Numbered from the stretch's first letter, positions 49,816 to 58,046 are shown. The stretch: 64,000 nucleotides of DNA from an uncultured Actinomycetes bacterium (GCA_963706025.1 CAVPLM010000005.1:384001-448000), one strand, 5' to 3'. Notes: generated by a model from the letters alone, not told the origin. A program made the numbers and translations.

Positions 49816-50175
49816 ATGGGTTTTCAGATTGAGACGGGCACCCTGGGCTTCCTGGGTTTCTTCTTTCTGCTCCTGATCTGGATCGCGCTGTTCCTGACCT
49901 GGGCCTTCACGATCTGGGATATCTTCCGTCGACACGATCTCGGCGGAGGGGCCAAAGCAGGCTGGTTTCTGCTCGTCATCATCCTGCCGCTGGTGGGCAC
50001 AGTGATCTATCTCATCGCCCGGCCCAAGCCGGAGCCTGAAGAGGCGCACTGGGCTCCGCGCGTGGAGGGATCTTCGCCCAGTCCCGCCCAGGAGTTGGAG
50101 ACACTTGCCAAGCTGAAGGAGTCGGGGCACATCACCCAGACGGAGTACGAGGCCCAGAAAGCCAAGCTTCTCTGA
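49816..50175 (+). CDS. PLDc_N-type two-TM membrane protein with SHOCT domain
   Basis: DIFRR.DL.G..KA.W......PL.G...YLIAR, then L..L..L...G.IT..EYE.QKAKLL. Confidence 0.8.
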   Translation: MGFQIETGTLGFLGFFFLLLIWIALFLTWAFTIWDIFRRHDLGGGAKAGWFLLVIILPLVGTVIYLIARPKPEPEEAHWAPRVEGSSPSPAQELETLAKLKESGHITQTEYEAQKAKLL

Positions 50176-50206
50176 GCCAAGCCGCACGCATAGCTGGCGC
50201 CGTAGT

Positions 50207-50244
50207 CTGGGGCGCACCTCTTGGAGGTGCGCCCCAGTTGTTTT
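50207..50244 (+). terminator. Intrinsic terminator
   Basis: Perfect 14-bp stem CTGGGGCGCACCTC-TTG-GAGGTGCGCCCCAG followed by TTGTTTT. Confidence 0.85.
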
Positions 50245-50245
50245 G

Positions 50246-50345
50246 GTACGCGTGGCATGAGCGACAGCTTGGGGGTGAGAGTCCCCTGGAGGAGGAGGTG
50301 ATGCCAACCTTTAGCCGAAGGCAAGGCGTCGCCGTGAGGCGGGCT
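50246..50345 (+). mobile_element. 5' remnant (domain I) of a group IIC intron
   Basis: GTACGCGTGGCATG...GGGGTGAGAGTCCCC...TTAGCCGAAGGCAAGG..CGCCGTGAGGCG follows, in order, the class C 5' motifs (GTGYGCCCGGCATG, GGGTGAGAGTCCC, TTAGCC.AA.GCAAGG) and starts right after a terminator. No RT ORF or domain V seen. Confidence 0.7.
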
Positions 50346-50427
50346 TCCCAAGCGACGACCGACCCGAGGATTCCGAGGACCCGGCGGGTGGACGTCGAAT
50401 GTCGACAGGAGTGTGGACAGAACGCCT

Positions 50428-51636
50428 ATGACAGATGCAAGCCGTATTGCCAGCGAAGGCTCCAGTGAGGAGCGCGAGCTGGCCGGCTACCTTGAGGAGC
50501 TTATCTCGGCCACCTTGGCGCACAAAGCGCCCAGCAGGCCCGTTGAGGGCTGGGGAGCGAACGAACCTGCGCCGGTCGATCTCGTCGGCGACGATTCGGA
50601 ACAGACCGCCGCGCCCGAGATGGCTGCTGAAGACGAGACTCCTCGACAGAAGTCGCCGCCGCGTAGCAGGCAAACAGAACGGACCAGTCGCGCGTCGATG
50701 AGCGAAGAACTGGCGGCTCTGTTCCGTCCCACCGAGCAGTCTCCGCCCCTCTCCCCACGGACCGCCGTGCCGTCAAGTCCCGCGATGGCGAGGCAACCTG
50801 GAATCCCTGCGACGGAGCCCAGCGCGTTTCTGCAGCGTTTCCTGCAGCAAGCCGCGCGCCCCCACGAACTTGCCCCCTCGGGGCTGGCCGACCTTGACGC
50901 TCGTCTAGCCGGTGGGTTCGGCTCGGGGCTTCACGTGGTGTTAGGACGGTCAGGGGTGGGAAAGACCGCTTTTCTGGACTCAGTGGCCTGGGAGGCAGTC
51001 ACATCCGAGCGTCCGGTCATCTACTACTCCCTCCGCGAGGGCAGCCTTGGTGCTTGGGAGCGGCTGATCAGCGCGCTTGGTAATATCCTAGGCGACCCGA
51101 CCATCCCTCTTGCTACCCTGCGCGCCCGCAGACTGGGTCCGCACGAGCTCGAAGAGCTCACCCGTCTCGACATGGCCCTCCAGAACTCCGTCCTGCCTTT
51201 TCTGTCCCTGGTAGAGACCATTCCGGCCAGCACCGACACGCTGAGCGCCTTCCTGGAGGATGTCCGCTCCAGGGCCCGGGAGGCGGAAGAGTGGCATGGA
51301 AGGATCCCCCTGCTCCTGATCGACGACCTGGAGCGACTGCTGCTTCTCACCGGGTCGCAGCCCCTCTCACACGTCCTCTCGCGCTTGGACGGCACTTTGA
51401 GCGCGGACTCCATGCCCGGCCTAGTCGCCGCGACCTCGCTCGATCGATCGACCCACGGTCCTGATAGACTGCCGGCGCAGACGACGCTGGCTCTGGTGTC
51501 GGTCGCGACACCGGCGGACGATGACTTCGACCGGGTGGATCTCGAAGTGCGGGCCAATAGCCGCACGGGTTGGACGGGGGCTCTGCCGCTGCTCCTCGAC
51601 CGCCGCTCCGGCCTGTTCGCACAGCTATCTCAGTAG
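50428..51636 (+). CDS. Orphan DnaB C-terminal-like / RecA-fold ATPase with disordered N-terminus
   Basis: SGL..LD..L.GG, GRSGVGKT Walker A, PVIYYSL, LLLIDDL Walker B, terminal SRTG.TG. Confidence 0.7.
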   Translation: MTDASRIASEGSSEERELAGYLEELISATLAHKAPSRPVEGWGANEPAPVDLVGDDSEQTAAPEMAAEDETPRQKSPPRSRQTERTSRASMSEELAALFRPTEQSPPLSPRTAVPSSPAMARQPGIPATEPSAFLQRFLQQAARPHELAPSGLADLDARLAGGFGSGLHVVLGRSGVGKTAFLDSVAWEAVTSERPVIYYSLREGSLGAWERLISALGNILGDPTIPLATLRARRLGPHELEELTRLDMALQNSVLPFLSLVETIPASTDTLSAFLEDVRSRAREAEEWHGRIPLLLIDDLERLLLLTGSQPLSHVLSRLDGTLSADSMPGLVAATSLDRSTHGPDRLPAQTTLALVSVATPADDDFDRVDLEVRANSRTGWTGALPLLLDRRSGLFAQLSQ

Positions 51637-52034
51637 GTGATCGCCCGCGGTAGAGCCTTGGCGGATTCGATCCACCCGGCCACCTGATCTTCGGTAGGGA
51701 ATCTGCGGACGAGTTTCTTTTGCTCGTTGACTTCCGCCATCTTCTTGGCGAGGTTATCTGCCCGTCGTCGGGCCAACTCGGGGACCGTGTCCACCCCCGC
51801 GGCCTCGAGCAGCTCGGCGTACTCCCCTCCGACACCCTTGATCCGGAAGAGGTCGGCCTGATTCACCCAGCGAAGGATCAGCTTCCGGCTGATGCCCGTG
51901 GTCGCCGCCAGATCCTCACGGCCTTTTGGGCCGGCACCGGCTGCCAGTAAGTCCTGCGTGGTCTTCAGACCCTGGGCCTTGAGCTTCTCCGCGTTGACCG
52001 GGCCGATGCCTTCGATGTCTTGCAGATTCGCCAT
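51630..52034 (-). CDS. DUF4332 helix-hairpin-helix protein (possible longer TM-anchored form from GTG 52277)
   Basis: DIEGIGP, R..LA..TGIS...IL.W.N.ADL.RIKGVG.EYAELLEAAGVDTV.ELA.R. Confidence 0.85.
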   Translation of the reverse strand: MANLQDIEGIGPVNAEKLKAQGLKTTQDLLAAGAGPKGREDLAATTGISRKLILRWVNQADLFRIKGVGGEYAELLEAAGVDTVPELARRRADNLAKKMAEVNEQKKLVRRFPTEDQVAGWIESAKALPRAITY

Positions 52035-52531
52035 CCTCCTCCCCTCTGGCGGCCGGTCGACGGTCTCACCGAATGACGCACCACTTTGAAGCCCGGGACT
52101 CAGGGCGAAAGAGAGCGATTGATCGCCGACAGCTTGAGGGGGCCGATCCCTGGGCACGATGAACGGACAGCGTGCGCGTAGCCGCCCGGAGGCCAGCAAC
52201 GCGATTCCGATCACCACGGCCACTGCGAGAAACGGCCCCAGCAGGTACCTGGACTTGTGTGAACCGGTTCTCTTCACGTCAGCTCCTTCCCTGAAGCGGC
52301 GCGCGTGAGGAGTCGCGCTCATCTGCATATGATCCTCGCTCGCCCGCGTGGTTCGACATCTCAATTATCGGCAGCATACCCATACTAAGTCCAGATGATG
52401 GTCTTTGATAGGGAGCGAAGGGTGACAGGCAGGGTTGGTGACAGGTGGGCCGCCGTCTGCCGCCGCCGTCGCAAACACGGAGCCTCCGCTGTAGAGTGTG
52501 CACACGGCGGCATCCACCGAGGGAGCGAGAG

Positions 52532-52885
52532 ATGAGATGGGAATACCGCAACGTCATTTTGAGCGCACAGGCGCACGACCCCGAGACGAGGGCATATTTG
52601 CAGTCAGTGTGGCCTGGTTGGGAACCCCCGCGGTTCGCGCCGCAGGCGTTGATCCCTAAGCTGAACGAGTATGGGGCCAATGGCTGGGAACTGGTTCAGA
52701 TTCAGCCGGTGTATTTGGATGAAGATGCCAATGTGCTGATCCACGGAGGCCCACAGCCTCCCGACGACCCTATCACCGCTACGATCAAAGCCAAAGCGAA
52801 GATCCCTTCTCGCACCGGGTCCGAGCCAACCAGGTACGCTCACTCCTACCTCTGCACGTTCAAACGACAACTGGACTCAAACTAG
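52532..52885 (+). CDS. DUF4177-like protein
   Basis: WEY...LNEYG..GWELV...FKR pattern. Confidence 0.7.
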   Translation: MRWEYRNVILSAQAHDPETRAYLQSVWPGWEPPRFAPQALIPKLNEYGANGWELVQIQPVYLDEDANVLIHGGPQPPDDPITATIKAKAKIPSRTGSEPTRYAHSYLCTFKRQLDSN

Positions 52886-52968
52886 ATGGCCGTTTGGTTG
52901 TATGCGTCGGAGTCGGTCCGGTTGTACTATCCGCCCAGCGCTTTGCTACGTGGCTCAGGGAGGGCACG

Positions 52969-53259
52969 ATGACAAAATGGGAATACAAGTCCGTCCCGCT
53001 GGATCGCGCGGGAACGAAGGAGGACTTCGGATTCGGCTGGACTTACAGCCCTTGGGAGATCGGGACCTCCCAGGGAGGTAAGCGACCGCTGCACGCAGGA
53101 CTGCAGGAGCTTGGAGGCGAGGGATGGGAGCTTGCGGGTGTGGTACCCAACGACCTCTGGGCTGAGGGGACCAGAACGCCCAGCGCATCGCACGGAGTCA
53201 GAACGATCTCCTGCACCCTCCTTTTCAAACGGCCCGTGGACGATGTCGCCGGCGGTTGA
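52969..53259 (+). CDS. DUF4177-like protein
   Basis: KWEYK...L.ELG.EGWEL...LLFKRP; SD GGGAGG. Confidence 0.72.
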   Translation: MTKWEYKSVPLDRAGTKEDFGFGWTYSPWEIGTSQGGKRPLHAGLQELGGEGWELAGVVPNDLWAEGTRTPSASHGVRTISCTLLFKRPVDDVAGG

Positions 53260-53429
53260 GCAAGGGGCTAGATCCGCCGGTAGGACTCTGTTGGTAAGCT
53301 ATTGGAGATCATGGTCGGTGTCTTTTTGCTCTCAGAGAAAGGCGGCGAATGGAGCCCTCCCGAAAGCCCGGAGAAGTTGCTGAAGAACGAAACGCGTCAG
53401 ATGCGGTTCTCCTTCAGGATGAGCAGTTG

Positions 53430-53981
53430 ATGCAACGAGTAGACGCATGCCACTCACATGACTTCGTGAGAGAGAATCACCCAGACAGGTGCCCCGGCTG
53501 CGGCAAGATAGAGCCGGGCTTTCGCTATTGCCGGGGCTGCGGGCATCAGATAAAGCGCAAGACCAAAGATGCGTGCTTCTGGTTTCAGGAGGTAGCCGGT
53601 GAAGCGCAATACCAGGACGCGCTTGAGCGCGTTATTGAAGGAGCGGAGCGGGACGAGGACGGTGTTGTCCACGAATGGGTGACGGCCGTTCTAATTACCG
53701 AGCCTTCGAACGAGCATGACGAGGACGCCGTTAAGGTGCTGGTGACCAGGGAGCCGCAAGCCGAGCTCGTAGGCCACCTCCCGCGGGACGATGCGGCCGC
53801 CATTCAGAAGGCGCTTGTGAAGGTGTACTCAGCGCACCGGAGGTTTGTGGCCTGCAAGGCGCTGATTCAAGGTGGCTTTCGTCGTCAGGATGGATCGACG
53901 TCGTCTTACGGGATCAGGCTCTTGCTGCCGCTGCCCCGCGATATTCCCGGGGCGGCCAAGGCGGCCCTTGACGCCGAGTAG
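53430..53981 (+). CDS. Zinc-ribbon + HIRAN domain protein (start uncertain, 53349 or 53430)
   Basis: CPGCG...YCRGCG, then VAGE..YQ, L..EP.N.HD..AVKV, VG.LPR. Confidence 0.7.
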   Translation: MQRVDACHSHDFVRENHPDRCPGCGKIEPGFRYCRGCGHQIKRKTKDACFWFQEVAGEAQYQDALERVIEGAERDEDGVVHEWVTAVLITEPSNEHDEDAVKVLVTREPQAELVGHLPRDDAAAIQKALVKVYSAHRRFVACKALIQGGFRRQDGSTSSYGIRLLLPLPRDIPGAAKAALDAE

Positions 53982-54034
53982 TAGCGGCAATCCTCGGGCG
54001 GCCCAGAAGCGGGCTTTCGCAAGTAATCCTGAGG

Positions 54035-54106
54035 AGGCGACGGCCGGAATTGAACCGGCGTAGCGGGTTTTGCAGACCCGTGCCTAAGCCACTCGGCCAC
54101 GTCGCC
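54035..54106 (-). tRNA. tRNA-Cys(GCA)
   Basis: GGCGACG acceptor, CGGGT-CTGCAAA-ACCCG anticodon arm, U73 discriminator. Confidence 0.95.
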
Positions 54107-54123
54107 TCGCAAGGGCAAATGCA

Positions 54124-54200
54124 TGGAGCGGATGAAGGGATTCGAACCCTCGACCTTCTGCATGGCAAGCAGACGCTCTAGCCAACTGAGCTACATCCGC
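54124..54200 (-). tRNA. tRNA-Gly(GCC)
   Basis: GCGGATG acceptor, TCTGC-TTGCCAT-GCAGA anticodon arm, encoded TCCA end. Confidence 0.95.
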
Positions 54201-54221
54201 CCGGTACCTCGCGGCTGACGG

Positions 54222-54250
54222 ATTATAGACCAGCCCCCACGGCGATGCAA
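54222..54250 (-). promoter_or_regulatory. Promoter of the tRNA-Gly/Cys pair
   Basis: TTGCAT-17-TATAAT. Confidence 0.75.
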
Positions 54251-54291
54251 ACCGGCCCGCTCGCGGCCGCGGCGCTCAGAACATCGACCCG

Positions 54292-55908
54292 TCACGACGG
54301 AGGCGTCTCGTCCAGCGCCTGATTGACAAGCGCGTCGGCCCGGGTGTTGTCCTCCCGGGAGACATGCCGGAAGGAGATGCGGTCGAAAGCGTCCATCCGT
54401 CCCTTGGCTTCCGCGTGAAGCGGTTTCAGACCCTCGTTCTTGACCCGGTACTCGCCGCGCATCTGCCTTACGAGCAACTCTGAGTCGGACAGTATTTCCA
54501 CCTCACGAGCTCCCGCACGTTCGGCCAGTTCGAGGCCGGTCAAGAGCGCCTGATACTCCGCGGCGTTGTTGGTGGCTACCCCGATCGTGCGGCTGACTGT
54601 TTCCAGAACACGGCCGTCGTCGTCTTCGAGGACCACGCCGATGGCACTGGGGCCGGGATTACCGCGCGATCCTCCATCGATGCGGAGTCGCACCCGGGAG
54701 CTACGCCGCCCCTCACCCGACCCACGGGCCGGCACCTCGCTCGTCATATCGGAGGAGGATCCGCCGTTTGCCGCGTTCTCAGGGGTAGCCGCCAGGTCGC
54801 TTGGCGTCGCTCCCACCCAGGGGGAACGCCATTCTCGCGATATCGACACGGTCACCTCGCCTTCTGCCAACTGGTCACGCAGGGTCGTCTCGGCCCATTG
54901 ACAGAGGGCCCACCATTCCAATTCCCCGTGGGGCGCGGCGATCAGCGAAAGGCCCATCTCCCCCGCCCGTTCCGCATCGTGATAGCTCAGGTCGCCGGTG
55001 ATCATCACCTCGCAGGACGGGGCTGCGGCGTCGATCAGACTGCGACCACTGCCGGGAACTACCCCCACTCTGCTCACGATGCGGTCGCCGTCTCCACTCC
55101 AGCAACAGCCGCCCAATCCGACGACATCCGCCACCCGCGCGGCCAGAGCGGACACGGTGGTCGATTCGGGAAGACCCCCTACCCTCCCCAGACCGCCGCT
55201 CGGGAGGACGTCTTGCACCGGATACACGTCAAAGGCGGGCTCCTCGTACGGATGGGCGCTCACATAGGCGGCTATCACGCCACCAAGTCGAGCTTGCGGG
55301 ACGACCGCCTCCCAACGGATCTCAGAGATGCGCTGCCGCACCGCCGGTTCCCCGATGGCGGGGTGCGCCGCCGGCCCCGGCGTGAACCATCCCCTCCCCT
55401 CCGAGGCGAAGGCGCACTCCTGATACTCCCCGATCGTCCCGGCCCCGGCGGCGAACACTGCCGCCGCGACCTCCTCCACCGACTCCGGAGGTACGAAGCC
55501 CACAAGCTTGTACCATCTCGCCGGAGCGTGCTCCAAAGGTGTCGTGTCCCGGAGACCCAGAGCATCCCCGACAATGTCGGCCAAGCCGCCCGGCGCTGCG
55601 TCGAGATTGGTGTGGCAGGCAAAAAGGTTGATCTTTCCGGCGATCAGTCGACGGACGAGACGTTCGCGCGGGTGCTCATCTACCAGCGAGCGGAGCGGCG
55701 AGAACAATAGGGGATGGTGGGTGAGGATGGTGTCATAGCCGCCCGAGACCGCCTCGTCAAGCACGGGTTCGGTCAGCTCCAGCGCCACCAACAGCCGGCG
55801 CACGACTGCCTGTCCCGATCCCACGAGCAGTCCACAATTGTCGCCCGCTTCAGCCAGCGTCTTGGGAACCAGCCTCTCCAGCACCGCTTCCAGATCGGCT
55901 ACGAGCAT
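54292..55908 (-). CDS. Nif3-like dinuclear metal protein (with PII-like insert) fused to ribonuclease HI
   Basis: N: DNCGLLVG, THHP, HTNLD, AGAG.IG.Y..C.F, HPYEEPA.D, TGD, H..E. C: IDGGSRGNPG, TNN.AEY, SDSEL, HV.RE.N..AD.L.N. Confidence 0.88.
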   Translation of the reverse strand: MLVADLEAVLERLVPKTLAEAGDNCGLLVGSGQAVVRRLLVALELTEPVLDEAVSGGYDTILTHHPLLFSPLRSLVDEHPRERLVRRLIAGKINLFACHTNLDAAPGGLADIVGDALGLRDTTPLEHAPARWYKLVGFVPPESVEEVAAAVFAAGAGTIGEYQECAFASEGRGWFTPGPAAHPAIGEPAVRQRISEIRWEAVVPQARLGGVIAAYVSAHPYEEPAFDVYPVQDVLPSGGLGRVGGLPESTTVSALAARVADVVGLGGCCWSGDGDRIVSRVGVVPGSGRSLIDAAAPSCEVMITGDLSYHDAERAGEMGLSLIAAPHGELEWWALCQWAETTLRDQLAEGEVTVSISREWRSPWVGATPSDLAATPENAANGGSSSDMTSEVPARGSGEGRRSSRVRLRIDGGSRGNPGPSAIGVVLEDDDGRVLETVSRTIGVATNNAAEYQALLTGLELAERAGAREVEILSDSELLVRQMRGEYRVKNEGLKPLHAEAKGRMDAFDRISFRHVSREDNTRADALVNQALDETPPS

Positions 55909-55928
55909 GCTCCGCTCCCCCGACGTCC

Positions 55929-56546
55929 TCAGAGTGGTTCTCCGGGTTCCGCGGCCCCTGCCAGCCAGGCCGCCCCTTCCGCGTACAGCTTCTCCACCTC
56001 CGGCCCGCGAAGTCCGGGTAGAGCGGGCTTAACCTTGAACCCCACCTTCGTCTGCAAATACGCCAGATGCCTGTAGCCTTCGGGGAAGGCCGAAAGCAAC
56101 TCTTCGTCGAGCTTCAGCACGGCAGCCGGATCCACCGGGTCCAGACGGTCCTTCTCGTAGATGGGCTGTCGACGGACGATGCCCCAGCGGCCCTCACGCT
56201 TCTCGAAGAAGTCGTAGAAACGCCCCCAGCAGACCACATCGACCAGAACGCCTTCTACGGGAGCGCGCTGATGGATGGTCATCTTGGCCTGCGAGATGGC
56301 CCGCGTCCCGGCAAGGTCGCACGACCAGCCTCCCAGCAGGTGGAGGATGTTGGATCCCGAGTCGAAGGCCTTTCGGCTCACTTCGATGAAATCCTCGAAG
56401 GGGCCCTGAAACCAGGTGGCCGTCATCCATCCTCCGGAGTGCCAGACGGTGGCGAAACGCTCCCAGTCAGCGGAGTCCCGCCAGACGACCCAGTTCTCCA
56501 CTGCCTCCCGGATCGCCACTCTGTCAGCGGCTAGGTCATCCAGCAT
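55929..56546 (-). CDS. SnoaL/NTF2-like protein
   Basis: DR.AIR..V..W...RD..DW, H.LG, GRFYD.FEKR.G.W.IVRR. Confidence 0.75.
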   Translation of the reverse strand: MLDDLAADRVAIREAVENWVVWRDSADWERFATVWHSGGWMTATWFQGPFEDFIEVSRKAFDSGSNILHLLGGWSCDLAGTRAISQAKMTIHQRAPVEGVLVDVVCWGRFYDFFEKREGRWGIVRRQPIYEKDRLDPVDPAAVLKLDEELLSAFPEGYRHLAYLQTKVGFKVKPALPGLRGPEVEKLYAEGAAWLAGAAEPGEPL

Positions 56547-56664
56547 GGTCTCTCTCCTCTCGGATTCGCGGAGCGATGGCCGACCGCCTCCAGCTTAGCA
56601 CCGGCTTTCTGCGAAATGGGAGGGCAGAGGATGCGTGCCTAGGCGGACCGAGTCGGGCCCCAAC

Positions 56665-56985
56665 CTACTGCCGGTCGGGCTTCTCCCGGGGAGCCGACCT
56701 CTCGCGGACCAATTCCTCCCAATCGAAAGCCTGAGCGTTGTCCCTGCCCACAACAAAGCCGAGGCTACGCAAATGGTTGCGCGCCTGGTTCGTCGCGAAA
56801 TCCAACCGATCGAGTTTGGTCGCCCGGGCGAACGCCTGTTTGACCGGATAGCGGGTTCCGTTGATGTCGACCCAATGAGTGCGTATCGGCTCAGGGGAGA
56901 CACCGAGCAGTGACTGGACCACCTGACCTTTGGTCAGTGCGTAGATTTTGCCCCCTTGAGTGAAAGTAATCCTGTCAGCCGCCAC
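56665..56985 (-). CDS. Small hypothetical, probable DNA-binding protein (resembles SCO5918-type family)
   Basis: PEPIR.HWV.ING.RYPVKQ......F.T..AR..L..LGF pattern; AGGGG SD and promoter upstream; lower GC. Confidence 0.55.
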   Translation of the reverse strand: MAADRITFTQGGKIYALTKGQVVQSLLGVSPEPIRTHWVDINGTRYPVKQAFARATKLDRLDFATNQARNHLRSLGFVVGRDNAQAFDWEELVRERSAPREKPDRQ

Positions 56986-57024
56986 GAAATAATTCCCCTG
57001 CTAATGACCATAATTTTATTAACA

Positions 57025-57055
57025 CTTATACCATCCCTTGAGGGATATGTGTCAA
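57025..57055 (-). promoter_or_regulatory. Promoter with a palindromic operator in a 19-bp spacer
   Basis: TTGACA-CATATCCCTCAAGGGATGG-TATAAG; dyad ATCCCT-CA-AGGGAT. Confidence 0.5.
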
Positions 57056-57253
57056 CCCTTTCCTCTGGGCCGCCGTTACCCATTAGCTCAGGGAGAACCT
57101 GAGAATGGGTCGGCAAAGGCCTCCTCCAGCGAGCCAGTGTGTGTACATCACGTAAAGAAAGGCGGAACCGACCCCTACGCACCAGCAGGTCGCTTCTCCC
57201 GAACATGTGGGCCCCATTCGCGCTACTCTGGATGCGTCGACCCCAAGGGAGGA

Positions 57254-57517
57254 ATGATGAACGCGTACGACATCATGCATGAGTGGGACCGTGCAACCGG
57301 GAAAGCCCCGCGCTCGGACGCCGATCTTGATAGGGACGTCCCTGCGAGTCTCGGCACTGGCGACTACGAAGCATGGAAGGCCCGCCTGGAGGCACGCGAT
57401 GTCGACGCCATCACGGCAGGTATGAAGTGCTGGGGTCTACCGATCGCGCCCCTGGGCCAGTTCGAGTTGGACGCTGAGATCGAGGTCATAGAGAGACCGT
57501 ACTCCCCGGAATCCTAA
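57254..57517 (+). CDS. Hypothetical protein
   Basis: AAGGGAGG SD before ATGATG; 87 aa; no family recognised. Confidence 0.55.
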   Translation: MMNAYDIMHEWDRATGKAPRSDADLDRDVPASLGTGDYEAWKARLEARDVDAITAGMKCWGLPIAPLGQFELDAEIEVIERPYSPES

Positions 57518-57553
57518 GGGGTCTGCTTGACAGCGCACCCTGGACCGTCATAG

Positions 57554-57588
57554 GTGGGCCCAGCAGGACTCGAACCTGCGACCGGCCG
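57554..57588 (-). repeat. att direct repeat (copy of the tRNA-Ile2 3' half)
   Basis: GTGGGCCCAGCAGGACTCGAACCTGCGACCGGCCG is identical to 63327-63361 (35 bp). Confidence 0.95.
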
Positions 57589-57743
57589 GCTCAGTCGTTG
57601 CAGTCACCGCAACAGTCTGTGAAGCCCACCCCATGACGGTCGTCCCAGCCGGCGCTGGGGGCTATGGGACTTTGGTTGGAGAGGAGGTCCCGGTAAGATG
57701 GCAATCGACGACCTACGAGAAGACCTACCCTCAGGAGGTACAC

Positions 57744-58046
57744 GTGAGCGAAACAAAAGCCTGCGCAACCTGCTTCTTTTGGGAAGAGCAATCCAATCGC
57801 TGCCGTAGATACGCCCCACACCCGGCCCTGGGGAACAGCGAAGACAGCGACGGAAGCCAGAACGCCTTCTGGGTCTTGACCAAAGCCGAAGACTGGTGCG
57901 GAGACTACGAGTCTATCTTGGGAGAGGAGTACGAGGAGGAAGAGGAACACGAGGAGGAGGATGACGAGGAGTGGGAAGCCGATGGCTCACTCAAATGGTC
58001 GCCGCCGCCTCCAGCACCCCCAGCGCAGAGAGGGCTTTTCAGGTGA
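57744..58046 (+). CDS. Small Cys4 (phage-type) domain protein with acidic tail
   Basis: GGAGG SD before GTG; CATC.FW...CRRYAP...W..T...DWCGDY, then a poly-E/D tract. Confidence 0.65.
   Translation: MSETKACATCFFWEEQSNRCRRYAPHPALGNSEDSDGSQNAFWVLTKAEDWCGDYESILGEEYEEEEEHEEEDDEEWEADGSLKWSPPPPAPPAQRGLFR

Noticed and set aside
48609-54034. Integrative element bounded by tRNA-Val or tRNA-Cys repeats
   Set aside because: I found no duplicated tRNA end and no integrase, so it is treated only as a variable islet.
57072-57130. c-di-GMP-I riboswitch resemblance (ACCCATT...AATGGGTCGGCAAAGGCCTCC)
   Set aside because: No GGCAAA P1 entry, GNRA tetraloop or receptor; kept only as a hairpin.
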